This document shows positions 48,091 to 62,910 of a DNA stretch of 64,000 bases, in pieces. Source of the stretch: the human T2T-CHM13v2.0 reference genome, Homo sapiens; contig CP068257.2 of NCBI GenBank assembly GCA_009914755.4, positions 7,488,001 through 7,552,000 on the forward strand. Reading direction: 5' to 3'. The number at the start of each line of letters is the position of its first letter. Positions within the stretch are counted from its first letter, which is position 1. The translations under genes and the position numbers were made by a program. The notes under the pieces were generated by a model. That model was given only the letters and a program-made list of their open reading frames with translations. It ran no database searches and was not told where the DNA came from.

Positions 48091-51033
48091 AAGTCTCATT
48101 ACAATGTCCCCCTCAGCTCATAGACCCTCCCTCCCTGCATGTGTGCCCGGAGGTCAGGCCCTGGGGTTTTTTTTTGGGACGTGGCCTTTCCTCCAAGACA
48201 CAGGGAGAGACAGTTGGCCTCAGGCTCCAAGTTCCCAGCTCCACACTCACCCCAAAGGCCCTCTGGGCCCGTCTCAAAGGAGAAAGTGAGGTGGCCTGAC
48301 ACTGCCTGGACACACCATCTACCCTATTCCTGAGTTTCAGAGTGTGAGGAAGGGAGGGACATTTGGCAGATAAGGCACGCTGTGCTGTTGGGTCTCTCAG
48401 GGCCCTTCCCACAGAGCCCCGATCTAAAGACACAACACAGAGGCTACAGGAAGACTAATCCAGAACCTCTGAGACAGCCAGGGACCACATGAGTACTCTC
48501 CCCAGACAGCCAGAAGGCCCTTTGCTAGTTTCTTGGTACTTCAGTGGATGTGGCAGTGGTTCTTCTGTTGGGGCCAGTGAGTACACACTGGGGAGGGCTC
48601 ACCTGTGTTTCCTCAGTGGCTCCACCTCTGCTTCTAAAAAAAATGACTCATTCCAGAGCTGGCGCAGAGAAAATACAAGCTGAGCTTAGAACATCTTCTG
48701 CCAGAAAGTAAAAAAGTGCCGACAGAGTAATGGAGACAAATCAAAGAGACATAAAGTCAGCTTGGAATGTCTACTACTGGCCTAATCTTGGGGAATTGGA
48801 GCATCAGAATCATGAGCTTTCTTTCTCCCTTATTTATTGGTTTTATTTCTCCATGTAGAACAAAGAAGAGAATAAGAAAATAATCATCTGGTAACCATCA
48901 TAGTAATAATTGTTCAAACACAAGTCATCCATGAAATGCTAAATCTAGTGGGTTCTGAGGAGTAACCAGATATTTACAGAGCCTCAAAGTATCTCCATAC
49001 AAAATACGGTTGAATTACAAAAAGAAAATTGTAACATTAGCATGGACAAACCTGGCAGGTACTCCTTAACTCTCCTAAGTAATAAAAACTGTAAAATGCA
49101 AATAAGCCTTCGATGACATTTACTAACCTTTACTAAAGTATCAATGATGACTTGGTTGTTTAAACAGCTGACATTTGGGCAATTTGAGTATGTCAAACTC
49201 AATAATACTGGTTTTCATTTGCAAGATCCACTTAAAACTTAAGGAGGCCAAAAAACATCATTTAAAATACCCTATAAATTATAATCATACATATGATACA
49301 AAAATATCCTACTTCAGTAAATATTGGAATGTTATATATTTTATGAGAAACAATTAAAATGTGTAAATAGCCCAGTAATAAAGTTTTATAATCTTTTAAA
49401 TCATCATAGAATTTTTCCTTAAGACTTTATGGTTAAATATTCTCTTCATTAGATGTGGCTTACCCGTGGATTCTAGAGAAGAAAGTAGATGGGAGCAAGT
49501 GTCCAATACAGCAACAGCTGGAAAGAAAAATAAAGAATTTTGTTCTTTACCTAAAACACTTCAGTTAACTAAGAGTGAGTTTAAAAACTAAAGACTTGAG
49601 AACTTTATCAGAGTTAATAAGAATGAGAAATATGTATGTACATTTACAATACAAAATTACTATTTAATAATTTACACATGGCATTAATTCTAATTGTGTT
49701 TAAATATCAGAGCTTGTTCAGTCTTCATTCATGTAATCAACAGCCACATGCTAAGGTACTAGAACCAGCACTGGAATTACAAGATGAAGATGGCATGGTC
49801 CACCTCTCAACAGTCATAAGCTATAACCTAAAAAACAGACAGGCAGGCAATGTCCATATAGAGTCATAGATACCATGACAGGTATACAGCAGGGCACTAC
49901 TGGAACACAGAGAAGGGACATCTACCCACTTTTATGTCAATATCATGGGCTTTCTGGTGGAGGAGATAACATAGGTTGATACCTGAAGGACAAGAAAAAG
50001 CTTCCCAGATAGAGGAAAGAGGCAAAGGCAAAGAGCCTGAGGTGAGGAAGAGCCCTGCAGAGTTCCACTCCATCCAGTTTGGTGCTAGAGCAAAGGGCAG
50101 AGTGCAGTAAGTGGTGAGAAACAAGGCTGAGTAACTTGGCAAGAATTACATTGACATGGGTGTTTTTATTTCATGGTGAAAAATTTGGAACTTTTCCTGA
50201 GAACAAGTGTAAGCCAATGACACAGTAAATTAGAGGAGATTTAAAATGTCACCTGTCAAGTGACTGCTTATGAAGGGTTATTGCTCAGCTAAGTATTTCT
50301 GAATGAGTCTTAGGTCTGTTGGCCTTCAATCTCTACCGAAACCCTGAGAACTTGATGATGCTTTTGTTTTCTGAGAATCGTTTCAGTGTGCTGGCTGACA
50401 GTTCCATGAGGATGGCAAAACTTAAGAAAGTGTAGAGCCAGTGAAGAAGAGATGCACAGACTTCTTGGGAACTGTTTAAGCTTTGGAGCATGATGAGTTT
50501 ATGGTGCATAAGTGCAGTCTTCTCTGTGAAAGTTTTTGTTTTCACATCTTTCATTAGATGTGTGTAAGAAAAAATATTGATGTAGTATCTACTAACCCAA
50601 GAATGAAAAGGAATGCCATTAGCTATTTACACTTTATTTCTAAAATAAACCTAAATTTAATTAATAAATTTTGTCAACGTACTTCTCTGTTTCTCTAATT
50701 ATTTATTCTACACAGTCCAGCCCCATCTAAAATAAGTAAAAATAATAATAATGTCTAAATTAAACAAGAAACATTATCATGAAAATCATGTATCACTTAC
50801 AAAATGTGGCCTTTAGTATTTTTAGTGACTAGACATTACTTGAAGTTTGCTTAAATAGAAAAATAATCACATAAATAAAATAAAATTTCTACTTATTTTA
50901 AGTTTAGATAACAGAGGATGTATATGTGTAATGCTGTTTAGAGTAATCTGACAAAAATGCAGTTAATATTGATCTATTGCATATACATGATTTTAGAAAG
51001 GTAGTGTTTTATTAGTACAAAGGTTAAACAATG

Positions 51034-51380
<347 letters not shown>

Positions 51381-51739
51381 TTAGAAAACTCTGCCGTTTA
51401 TAAAAGTTTAATCCATTTTTTACTTCAATAAATTTTATCTTAAAAAGAAATTTCTGTTCTCTACTTATAGGAAACTTTTCTTTTTTTTTCTAGTTTGTAT
51501 TCTAAATTAACGTGGTACCTCTGTAAGTTTCTTCCAAAGGCATATTGAGGGATACCGAGGTTTGCAGTACAATTAAACCCATCACACAGTTTGTGAGCAT
51601 AGGACCCAAGAAGTAGTTTTTCAACCCTGGCCCACTCTGTCCCTCCCCGTTCTTATTTCCCAGTGTCTATTATTCCCACCTTTATGACAATGTGCACCCA
51701 ATATGTAGCTCCCACATGAGTGAAAACATGACATATTTG

Positions 51740-52560
51740 GTTTCTGTTTCTGCGTTGGTTTGCTTAGGAGAGTGGATTCCAGCTGTATTCATGTTGCTGC
51801 AAATGATGTGATTTTGTTCTTTTCATGGCTGCATAGTATTCCATGGTATATATGGAATTTTCCAATCTACCTTGGATTTTCAATCTACCTTGGATGTACC
51901 TGGATTGACTCCACGTCTTTGCTATTGTGAATAGTGCTGCAATGAACATACATGTGTATACATCTTTTTGTTACAATGATTTATTGTCCTTTCGATATAC
52001 CCCTAGTATAGTAATGGGGTTGCTGCATCCAACAGTCATTCTTAGTTCTTAATTTCCAAACTGCTCTCCATAGTAGCTGAATTAATTTACATTGCCACAA
52101 ACGGTTTGTGTTCCCTTTTCTCCACAGCCTCCCCAACTTCCTTTTTTAAGTTTTTATTTATTATTTGTTTTTAACAAAAGTCATTGTGACTGATGTGAAA
52201 TGGTATTTAATTGATGTTTTGTTTGGCATTTTTCTGATGATTAGCAATGGTAAGCATTTTTTAATGTTTGTTGGCCACTTATGTGTGTTATTTTGAGAAC
52301 TGTCTGTTCATGTCCTTTGCCCATTTTTAATGGTCTTATTTATTTTTTGCTTGTTGATTTGTTTAGGTCTCTTATGGATTCTGGATAATAGGCGTTTGCT
52401 ATATCCATACTTTGTGAATATTTTCTTCCATTCCTTATGCTGTCTGTTTAATCCCGTGATAGTTTCTCATGCTGTGCAGAAGCTATTTAGCTAAATTAGA
52501 TCACACTTGTCAATTTTTGTTATTCTTGCAATTGCTTTTGAGGACTTAGCCATAAATTAA
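51740..52560 (-). mobile_element. L1 LINE fragment, antisense (ORF2 3' region), older subfamily
   Basis: ttcatggctgcatagtattccatggtatatat...gtctttgctattgtgaatagtgctgcaatgaacatacatgtgtatacatctttttg...ttgccacaaacggtttgtgttcccttttctccacagcctcc...gtttgttggccacttatgtgtgttattttgagaactgtctgttcatgtcctttgcccatttttaatgg matches antisense L1. Confidence 0.8.
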
Positions 52561-52654
52561 TTGACAAATATGATATCTAGAAGAGTATTTCCTAGGTTTT
52601 TTCCAGGATTTTTATAGTCAGAAGATGTACTCTTATGTAAGGAAAGCACAAACC

Positions 52655-52950
52655 TTTTTTTTTGTTTTGTTTTGAGACAGAGTCTCCATCACCAAGGCTA
52701 TAGTGCAGTGGTATGATCTTGGCTTACTGCAACCTCTGTCTCCTGGGTTCAAGTGATTCTCCTGCCTCAGCCTCCTGAGTATCTGAGATTACACATGCCT
52801 GCCAACACGCCTTGCTAATTTTTGTATTTTTACTAGAGACAGGTTTCATCATTTTGGCCAGGCTGGTCTCAAACTCCTGACGTCAGGTGATTCACCTGCC
52901 TCGGCCTCCCCAAATTTTGGGATTACAAGTGTGAACCACCATGCCTGGCC
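52655..52950 (-). mobile_element. Alu SINE (antisense)
   Basis: tttttttttgttttgttttgagacagagtctccatcaccaaggctatagtgcagtggtatgatcttggcttactgcaacc...gggattacaagtgtgaaccaccatgcctggcc. Confidence 0.9.
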
Positions 52951-53130
52951 AACCACAAAGCTTTTAACATAAAAAGGGAAATGAACATTTTAGTGTTTTG
53001 TTTAATTCATAAAATGCAATTATTTTGGATTCTACTAAATAATAAACATCCATATGTGGCAAAGTGTTTGGATGCTAATCATTCAGTTGTGATTATGAGT
53101 GGGAAGAATTGAGATGGTGCAAATAAACTT

Positions 53131-53435
53131 TTTTAATTTTTTTTTTATTTTCAAGATGGAGTCTTGCCCTGTCACCCAGGCTGGAGTGCAGTGGTGCAAT
53201 CTCAGCTGCTGCAACCTCCGTCTCCCAGGTTCAAGCAATTCTCTGCCTCAGCCTTCCTAGTAGCTGGGATTACAGGTGCCCACCACCACACCAGGCTAAT
53301 ATATTTTTTTGTACTTTTAGTAGAGTTGGGGTTTCACCATCTTGGCCAGGCTGGTCTTGAACTCCTGACCTCGTGATACACCTGCCTCAGCCTCCCAAAG
53401 TGCTGGGATTACAGGCATGAGCCACCACACCTGGC
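53131..53435 (-). mobile_element. Alu SINE (antisense)
   Basis: ttttaattttttttttattttcaagatggagtcttgccctgtcacccaggctggagtgcagtggtgcaatctcagctgctgcaacc...gggattacaggcatgagccaccacacctggc. Confidence 0.9.
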
Positions 53436-53464
53436 TGGTGCAAAGAAACTTTAAAAGTGGCATG

Positions 53465-53785
<321 letters not shown>

Positions 53786-54144
53786 CTACAATCAATTAGA
53801 GAGTAAGCCAGAGCATCTCAAAGTATATCATCAGTTATCAGGCAATAACATGCAATTTCTAAAACCTAACTTAAATGCAGCTTTTAAAGACATTTCAATC
53901 ATGTCAGTTTAGTCACATTTATTGAATAAAGTTAGCAAATGGATATCTCTTGAAAATGAGAGCTCCAGGGAATTAAAAAATGTAAAGTTCCCATTTCCTT
54001 TCTGTGTTAACACAGCTAATTATGATCTTTACTTCACATGCAAAAGTCAACAGAACAACTCAGTATTTCACCAAATTATAAACAAGAATTACGCTAGAGA
54101 AATGAAACCCTAAAGAGAAACGGTCATATAACTAACCTCAGTCA

Positions 54145-54267
<123 letters not shown>

Positions 54268-55693
54268 TCACCTTGTAGGAAGAGTGCTGAGAAAATATTT
54301 CACCTGCTCTTTCTCCATAAAGAGCTGATACTGATCATTGCTATTTTCTTATTCGATCTGTAAAGGTAGCAAAGACAAATGCTTAATATTTCATTTTTCC
54401 TTAAATGATTCTTAATGACTTGCAGTTTTTAAAAACTTACCCTGAGAGTAAACCAAATTACCCACTAAATAGTGTTTTCACACAGAAGATGTGTAAGAGC
54501 ATACCTGTTGTAAGGAATTATAATTTTAAAATCATTCTAAAGAAGCACCATTGTTTCTAAGGTGATTTCTACTGAACAAGCAGTTCAAACAAAGTAGACA
54601 GGGAAGAGAAATGGCTATCAGTGATGTATGGCTCAACAGGTAAAACTTCCTGCCTTCTAAAATGGCTCTACTTGGAAGATTCTGAAGATTCCATTAGAAA
54701 TACTTGTATTTAAAGGGTAATAATGTGGGAAAATGAATATGTTGATTTGCTTGATTATAAGAACCACTTCACTAGAAATAATTATATCAAAACATCATGT
54801 TGTACTCCTTAATGTAGGTTAAGAAAACTAAAATGAAAGAAAAAAAATCTAGGAACACTTGTGTTTAGTAAACCAGTTTTAGATTTCACTCTTGTACATT
54901 TCACCCATTATCTAGGACCAATTAAACATTTGGCACTGAGGAATAATTCAGAGCAACAACTCCTAGGGGAGAACTAGATTGTCTGGTTGGTGATCAAAAA
55001 GAACTAAAGCATCTCTGAAGGCAATTAGTCCCCAACACTGTGACCAAGGCCCTGGAGGTGGGGCATGTTCTTTCTGCCTTCCACACACCGCTTCAGGCTG
55101 AACAAGGTGTTATTTTTTAACCGCTTTGTGAATTACACTTCTTTAAATTCCTGTGATAATTATTCCCTATTTCACAAGGGTGCCTTTCTGTAACATCTTG
55201 AATATGTTACACAAATAGTCTTTCTTGAGGCACCCTCTGGTGATAATACTAAAGATCACAATCAAAAACAATTGTGCCCAGAGTAGCAGTACCACTTTGC
55301 ATTTAGGTTGTGATCCACTGAAAAGTAAATTAAACACATTAATATTTCTATTTAGGGAAATTCTGACAAGTAATTTTATAACAAGATCACTTCATTAATT
55401 ATAAAGCTTCAAAAATACTTAGTGAAAAAAACTAACAGATCAGGTTAATTACATGAGACTTTTCAGGAAAAAAAGCCATACAAAAGCAAAAAAAAAAATG
55501 AGAGGAGAGACAAAAACTATCTTTGACTAACATTTTAAAGGTAAAATTATTTACTCACGTTATTTTTCAAAATTACATTGTCAAATTAGCATTCACTTCC
55601 TTCTAATCTCCTGAAGCCATCTCACTAAAAATTATGCTTTTGAAACAAATTAATGAGCTTAATTCATTTTCTATGAGTGTATGTTTTGACTTA

Positions 55694-55908
<215 letters not shown>

Positions 55909-56372
55909 CTAAAACAGAGGAAAAGAATACACTTTTAAAACAATTATAACCTAATTATTATGTTTGTTGCCTTTCATTTTGAGTCAGCGATTCAAAGAGT
56001 ATTTTTGAATATGTTAAAAAAGAGGATGAAGTTTAAAATATTTCAGCAATATCAAAACTAATAACTGAATTCAGAATTAAGTCTGATTTGTAAAAATTTG
56101 AAATCATAATTATGCTAGTATTAATGTAATCTGGTCATATAAAAAGTAATAGAATCCATTCATAGTTTTAAAAAGTGATCAATGAACACTGTAGCTTAAG
56201 ACCAATTCATAATTATCACATAATTTCTAAAACACAATTTTTTCCTATGCCAACTGGTCTTAATCATCAAATGACTCCATAATGAGAATCATTACTCTGA
56301 AAGATTGATTTTGTTATAATAATAATGGAAATTTAAATATTTAAAAGAAAAAACAGATACCATTTTTTTCTA

Positions 56373-56885
<513 letters not shown>

Positions 56886-57236
56886 TTATCTGTAATGCAG
56901 CAGATTCTTCAAATGTGAACCCTTAAATTACTCAGAATTTTAAGAACAAAGTTAAAGCTACCATGAGTCATAAAAATATATTCTTTACTATCATCATCTT
57001 TGCCACAGAATTTTTGTACTTCATTTTACTTTTATTTTTCTGATAATTCATTTTTGTTCCTCCTTAAATGGCACAAAGTTATCTCCTAGTAAAAAGTGTC
57101 TAACCCCCTTCCTTCATTATCATTCCCCACAGTATGTCAAAAAAAGTTTCAGAGATATCATATTGAGTTATTTAGGCCAAAGTCAATAAATGGGTCTAGG
57201 AATAAGACTTTGAAAGTGATATTACACTCTATATTA

Positions 57237-57520
57237 GGCATGGTGGCTCATGCCTGTAATCCTAGCACTTTAAAAAGCTGTGGCAGAAAGATCACTTGAG
57301 GCCAGGAATTTAAGATCAGCCAGAGCAACATAGTGAGACCCCCATCTCTACAAAAAAAAATTTTTTTTAATTACCCGGGCATGGTGGCTCATGCCTGTAG
57401 ACCCAGCTAGTTGGGATACTGAGGCAAAAGGATGGCTTGTACCCAGAGTTCAGGGCTGCAGTGAATTATTATCACTGCACTTCTGCCTGGATAACAGACA
57501 AAGACCCTATATCAAAAAAC
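57237..57520 (+). mobile_element. Alu SINE (diverged, with an A/T-rich linker)
   Basis: ggcatggtggctcatgcctgtaatcctagcactttaaaaagctgtggcagaaagatcacttgaggccaggaatttaagatcagc...aaaaaaaaattttttttaattacccgggcatggtggctcatgcctgtagacccagctagttgggatactgaggcaaaaggatggcttg... Confidence 0.8.
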
Positions 57521-57599
57521 ATCACAAAATAATGAAATCTATGATTAAGGATTCTGATGCTATAAGCCTTTCCTTAAACTGCAAATGTTTCATGCTAAT

Positions 57600-59400
57600 T
57601 TGAATTGCATTTTAAGAAGTAATGATTCTTGGGGTAAAGACCATAGAATACGGCACCCAGAAATAAATTCACATATTTCCAGCCAACTGATTTTGGACGA
57701 ACATTCCAAGAACATACGCTGGGGAAAGGACAGCCTCTTCAAATGAATGACACTGGGAAAACTAAATATCCATATGGAGAAGAATGATATTAGCTTCCTA
57801 TGTAACACCATATAACAACATAAACTCAGAATCGATTGAAGACTGAAATGTAAGGCCCAAAATTATCAAACTACTCTAAGTAAATATAAGGAAAATGCTT
57901 GAGGACATTAGTCTGCACAAAGATTTTTATGGGTAAGACATCAGAAGCATAGGCAAACAACAAATCATAGACAAAAGACACTACATTAAGCTAAAGAGCT
58001 TCTGTCCAGCAAACAACTGAGTGAAGAGAAAACCTGTAGAATAGGAGAAAATATTGTCAAGCTATTCACCTAATGAGGGACTAATATACAAAATATACAA
58101 AAAAACTCAAACAACTTCACAGTAAAAAAAATCTGAGTTTAAAATTGGGCAAAATATCTAACTATACTTTTTTTTAGAAAAAGAAATACAAATAGCCAAT
58201 AAATAAATTTTAAAATGCTCAGTATCACTAATCCTCAGGGAAATACAAATCAAATCTACAATGTGATATAATCTTGCTTCAATTTGAATAAATTGCTGTC
58301 ATTGAAAAGACAAAAAAAATAGCAAATGCTGGTGAGGCTCCAGAGAACAGTAAACTCTTACATGCTGTTGGTGGGAAGGTAAATTAGTGCAGCCACTATA
58401 GAGAACAACAGGAGGTTTTCTCAAAAAAACTAATAATGGGACTGCCGAGGGATCCAGCAACCCCACTACCGGGTATTCAGGCAATAGAAAAGAAAACAAT
58501 AGATCAAAAGGATATCTGTCCTCATATGTTTACTGTAGCACTATCCACAACAGCTTGTGTATGGAATCAACCTACATGTCCATCACCAAATGAATGGGCG
58601 AAAAACTGTGGCACACAAACACAGTGGAATACTATTCACCATATAAAGGAATTAAATCCTGTTATTCGTGGCCACGTGGATCAGTCTGACGGATGTTATG
58701 TTAAGTGCAGACACAGAAAGATAAATACTGCACATTCTTACTCATGTGTGGGAGCTAAAGGAAAATTGAAGGCTGGGCAATATGGCTGATGCCTGTAACT
58801 TCCTCGCTCTTTGTAAGACCAAAGCAAGAGAATCATTTGAGGCCAAAAGTTCCAGAGCTCCCTGGGCAACATAGGGAGATATCTCTACAAAGTCAAAAAT
58901 CAGACATGTGCAATGGTGTATGCCCATAATGCCAGCTGCTCAGGAGGCTGAGGTGTGAGGATCAGATGGGCCCAAGAGTTTGAAGCTGCAGTGAACTATG
59001 ATCAAACCACTGTCTCCAGTCTGGGTGACTACAGTTGCCCAGAGCCCAGACTACACTAGCAAGACCCTGTCTCTTAACAAAAAAAAGCTCACAGAAGTAG
59101 GGGAGAGGAGGCTGGTTAATGGATACAGAATTACAGTTAGATAAGAGGAGTGAGTTCTGGTGTTCTGTGGCATTGTAGGGTGAATATGGTTAACTATGAC
59201 TTATTGTATATTTTTAAAAAGCCAGAAAATTTTGAATGTTCACAATTCAAAGAAATGAAAAATGGTTGAAGTAGTAAATGTGCTAGTTAGCTTGATCATT
59301 ACACACTATATACGTGTATAAAAATATCACTCTATAGCCCATAATTATGTATATATGTGTCAATTAAAACAAAAGAGAAGCTACATTCATCCCATTTAAA
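57600..59400 (+). mobile_element. Old L1 (L1M-type) ORF2 C-terminus / 3' end, sense orientation, interrupted by an Alu at 58,771-59,087
   Basis: ccagccaactgattttggacgaacattccaagaacatacgctggggaaaggacagcctcttcaaatgaatgacactgggaaaactaaatatccatatggagaagaatg...ggtgaggctccagagaacagtaaactcttacatgctgttggtgggaaggtaaattagtgcagccactatagagaacaac...catgtgtgggagctaaaggaaaattgaagg matches an old L1 3' region. Confidence 0.75.
58771..59087 (+). mobile_element. Alu SINE (old, AluJ-like divergence) inserted into the old L1
   Basis: ggctgggcaatatggctgatgcctgtaacttcctcgctctttgtaagaccaaagcaagagaatcatttgaggccaaaagttccagagc...ccagtctgggtgactacagttgcccagagcccagactacactagcaagaccctgtctcttaacaaaaaaaa. Confidence 0.75.
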
Positions 59401-60461
59401 AAACAGAATATGGGCCAGCCTTACTGACTTCCTTCTAATGAGTAGAATGTAGTGAAAGGGATACCATGTGGCTTCCCTATCTCAGACTGTTTTCCCTTGG
59501 AACCCAGCCCCTATTGTGAGAGCCATCAGGCCACAAACAGAGCCTGAAAGTGCCTGTGTCAGTGTTCATGCTGCCTGTCCCAACCAAGTTTACAGCCGAT
59601 GGCCAGCATCAACCATCAAACAAGTGGGTGACCAAAGCTTCAGAGGATTCCATTTCCCCAACTGATCAGCTGTTCCTAGGGAAGCTGAAGGGAGCAGAGC
59701 AAGCTGTCCTGGCCAAGTTTTTCCCAAACCACAGGTTCATGAACAAAATAAATGTTTTTCTTTCAAGCCACAAGACTCTGGGTAATTGTTAGGAAAATAA
59801 GTTTTAAAAAGAGACAACAGGAAACATAACTTATGCAGCAGAAAAGAGTCTCCTTTAAAGCAGGATCTAATAAAGGTTGATATTTATTTATTGATGTCAA
59901 ACATTATTGAGAAGCAGTAGATAACCAGGAGAGAGACATAAGCTGCTGAGGAGGAATTTTCCTAAAACAACTTCAATTATGAACTCTGATAACAAGGCAA
60001 GGGTGTCTTCTTACAATTTCCCCTCAAGTTAGGAAGTAAGACTGGGAAGCAAGAAGATGTATGATTTGAAAAACAACTAGAAATACTGGGTGACATAGGC
60101 AAAATCAGACATTTACCTGATTTCAATTAACTAAAATTCTAAAAGAAGAAGTTTTGAGTATTTATTAATCAACCTAGTATTCAATTTTCATTTTCTTTTC
60201 TAAATGAGGAAATAAGGAGAATATTATGGAATGATTTTTATTCTTCACAGAAGTAAAATAAGCATAGTGTGTTTTGAGTGTTAAGACACAAATGCAACTT
60301 CTCCTTTACCTTACTCCAAGCTTGTTTGTATGGAGAAGTTAAGACCATCCCATTTCTATGTTATGCCACAATGCTTCTCTATAGCACACAACTTGGCTCT
60401 GAAATTTTGAAAGTCAAAATACTAATCTACATGTGTCTCTGATAAATTGCCTGAACGTTAC

Positions 60462-60562
60462 CTGATTTTGAAGTGCTGCACTCCTAAGACTTTTTCTTGG
60501 AATGAGTTAAACGTTTTATTCCAAGAATCCTCTACTGAGCTAGAAAGCAGAGCTGTGCATCT
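60462..60562 (-). other. Speculative additional exon (minus strand) with plausible splice sites. It may or may not belong to the same transcript as the 55.7-56.8-kb exons
   Basis: Minus-strand acceptor is ccctatattgacctccttttactgaaacag|AGATGCACAGCT and the donor is CACTTCAAAATCAG|gtaacgttc. The 101-nt open frame reads RCTALLSSSVEDSWNKTFNSFQEKVLGVQHFKI. There is no repeat homology. Confidence 0.2.
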
Positions 60563-61089
60563 CTGTTTCAGTAAAAGGAGGTCAATATAGGGAACTGTGG
60601 TTTCTGAGAATGCAAGATCTGCACTAATAAAAGGATTAGCCACAGTGCTACCCAAGAGAACCAGCTACCAGGAGGAAAGAGGGTCTGTAAACTGCAAGAT
60701 GATGACTTCACTTGATTTCCACTGAGGAAAGCTGGTGGCTCAGACTTAAACTTCTCCTTCCTAGATGGTAAACATCTATGGAAGGTTCTATGAATTATAA
60801 TGAGTTAGTAAAACATAATGCACTGAATATTAGACTATGTCAGCAGATCCTGTAACCAAAACTTACTGAAAATATAACTATAGTGGGAGGCAATGGAAAA
60901 GAGACTAAAGGCTTGAATGGAGAAAAAAAGAAATTAAGTGTGTCTTGTAAGCCTGGCGTCTGATCATGTCTTAGAGGAAGTAAGGTATAAGCTGGCCAGA
61001 GACTCCTTTGTGACACAAAAGGTGAAGTTACAGACATTCCACTAAATTTAATTTTTATTATGACATAAGACAACTGGTAATATGCAACA

Positions 61090-62910
61090 TGATTGAAAAA
61101 AACTTCTCATTCAATTCGATTGGGCCTTGACATAAGAATAGACATAAACAAGCTAAGAATTGACAATCTAAAAATAAGCCTGCACTTTTACAGTCAATTG
61201 ATTTTATACAAGCTTAACAAAAGAACAAAATGGGAAAAGAATAGTCTTTTCAACAAATGGTGCTGGGACAACTGGGTATCCATAAGCAAAAAATAAATAA
61301 AGTTCGACCAAATATCATATTTAATAATTAACTCAAAATAAAACAGTTAACTGTAAAAGCTAAAACTATAAAACCCTCAGAAGAAAACACTGGCATAAAT
61401 CTTTGTGACTGCATTTGCCAGTGTTTTCTTAGCTATGACTCCAAAGGAAAAATGGATTCAATGGACTTCAAAATTGAAAACTGCTGTGCCTCAGAAGACA
61501 GCATGAAGAAGTGAAAAGGTAAGACGCCAAGTAGAAGAAAGTATTTGAAAAGCGTGTATCTGATAAGGGACTTACATATATAGGAAATATAAATAACTCT
61601 TGCAATTAATAAATAACATGATAAGCCAATTTTAAAAAATGGGCAAGGATTTTGAATAGATATATCTGCAAAGAAGATATAAAGATGGATAAGCACATTA
61701 ATAGATGCTTAATGTAATTAGTCATTAGGAAAATGTAAATCAAAACCACATGTGGTATCACTTCACACCACAGGATAAAATCTTTGTTCAAGAAAAAAGA
61801 GTGTTAGGAAAAATGTAAAGAAATTAAAACCCTTATCTAATGCTGCTGGGAATGTAAAGTGATGCAGCCACTTTGGAAAACAAACTGGTAGCTCCTTAAA
61901 GGGTTAAGCATGAAGTTACCATATGACACAGAAATTCCAGTCATAAGTATATACTCCAGAAAAATAAAAACATACGCAAGCACAAAAACTCATACATAAA
62001 TGTTTACAGCAGCATTATTAATAGTAGTCAAAAGGTGGAAAGAACCAGAACGTCTGTCACCTTTGGCTGGGAGAGAACCCAAAGGTCCATCACCTGGCGA
62101 ATGGATAAATAAAATGTTTGATGTATCCATACAATGGAATATTACTCAGCAATAAGAAGAAATTAAGTACAGATACCGTATTAGGAGGAGACAGCAAAAT
62201 GCCTATGCAGATACGGAAGGGTCCCCGGAGAATCTCCAACGAGCCCCACAAGTGTTTACACCAGATGTTATGTGCAGATAAGGGAACCTGGACTTGTCTT
62301 GCCTGGACATGCCCACAGCAGACTGGAGGCCCACATGCAGTGGGGGGATGGGGTGGAGTCACCAGGAATTCACACCTTATGCAGAGGAGGAGCCTGGCCG
62401 CTTCAGCTCATGTGCTCCTGGTATTCAATTGTGAGGTGGAAACCTCTTTGCAGGACCCCTCTCTTTGCTGAGAGCTGTGCTTTCACATAATAAATTCTGC
62501 CCTCCTCAATGTGTCTGCATGCTTAATTTTTCCTGGTCACGAGAGAAGAACACAGATGTAGCTGAACTAAGGAGCAAAAACCCAGCATCAATACCTGCTA
62601 CAGCACAGATGCAGCATGAAAAATTATGCTAAGTGAAATAAGCCAGTCCCAGCAGACCACTTGCTTTTTATTTCAGAGGCTTATAGGCAAATCTATACAA
62701 AGAAGGTGGGTGGTTCCCTAGGGCTGAGGGAGGAAGGGAAAACTAGTGAAGATGGCTAAATGATGTGGGGTTTGTTTTTAGGGTGATGAAAATGTTCTAA
62801 AATTAATTGTAATGATGACGGCATAACTCTCTGAAAATACTAAAGTTAATGAATTCTATACTTTAAATGAGTGAATTGCATGGCGTGTTCATTATTTCTC
62901 AATAAACCTG
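61090..62910 (+). mobile_element. Old L1 (L1M-type) 3' end in sense, with a ~365-bp LTR-like insertion at ~62,175-62,540
   Basis: ...aatgggaaaagaatagtcttttcaacaaatggtgctgggacaactgggtatccataagcaaaaaataaa...catgataagccaattttaaaaaatgggcaaggattttgaatagatatatctgcaaagaagatataaagatgg...gaaaatgtaaatcaaaaccacatgtggtatcacttcacaccacagg...caatggaatattactcagcaataagaagaaattaagtacagatac matches an old L1 3' region. The insert ends ...ctctttgctgagagctgtgctttcacataataaattctgcc, which looks like LTR U3/R. Confidence 0.65.

Noticed and set aside
49000-50600. Unique AT-rich region with short ORFs (49636-49869, 49897-50142, 50333-50554) as possible exons
   Set aside because: No convincing splice-site pairs or codon-like composition. 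I could not support any exon call here by eye.
62175-62540. Possible solo LTR inside the old L1 at 61-63 kb
   Set aside because: Only the general features of an LTR (an AATAAA in the ...cacataataaattctgcc context, insertion within another element). I could not match a specific ERV family or see a target-site duplication, so it is mentioned under the L1 feature and not called separately.
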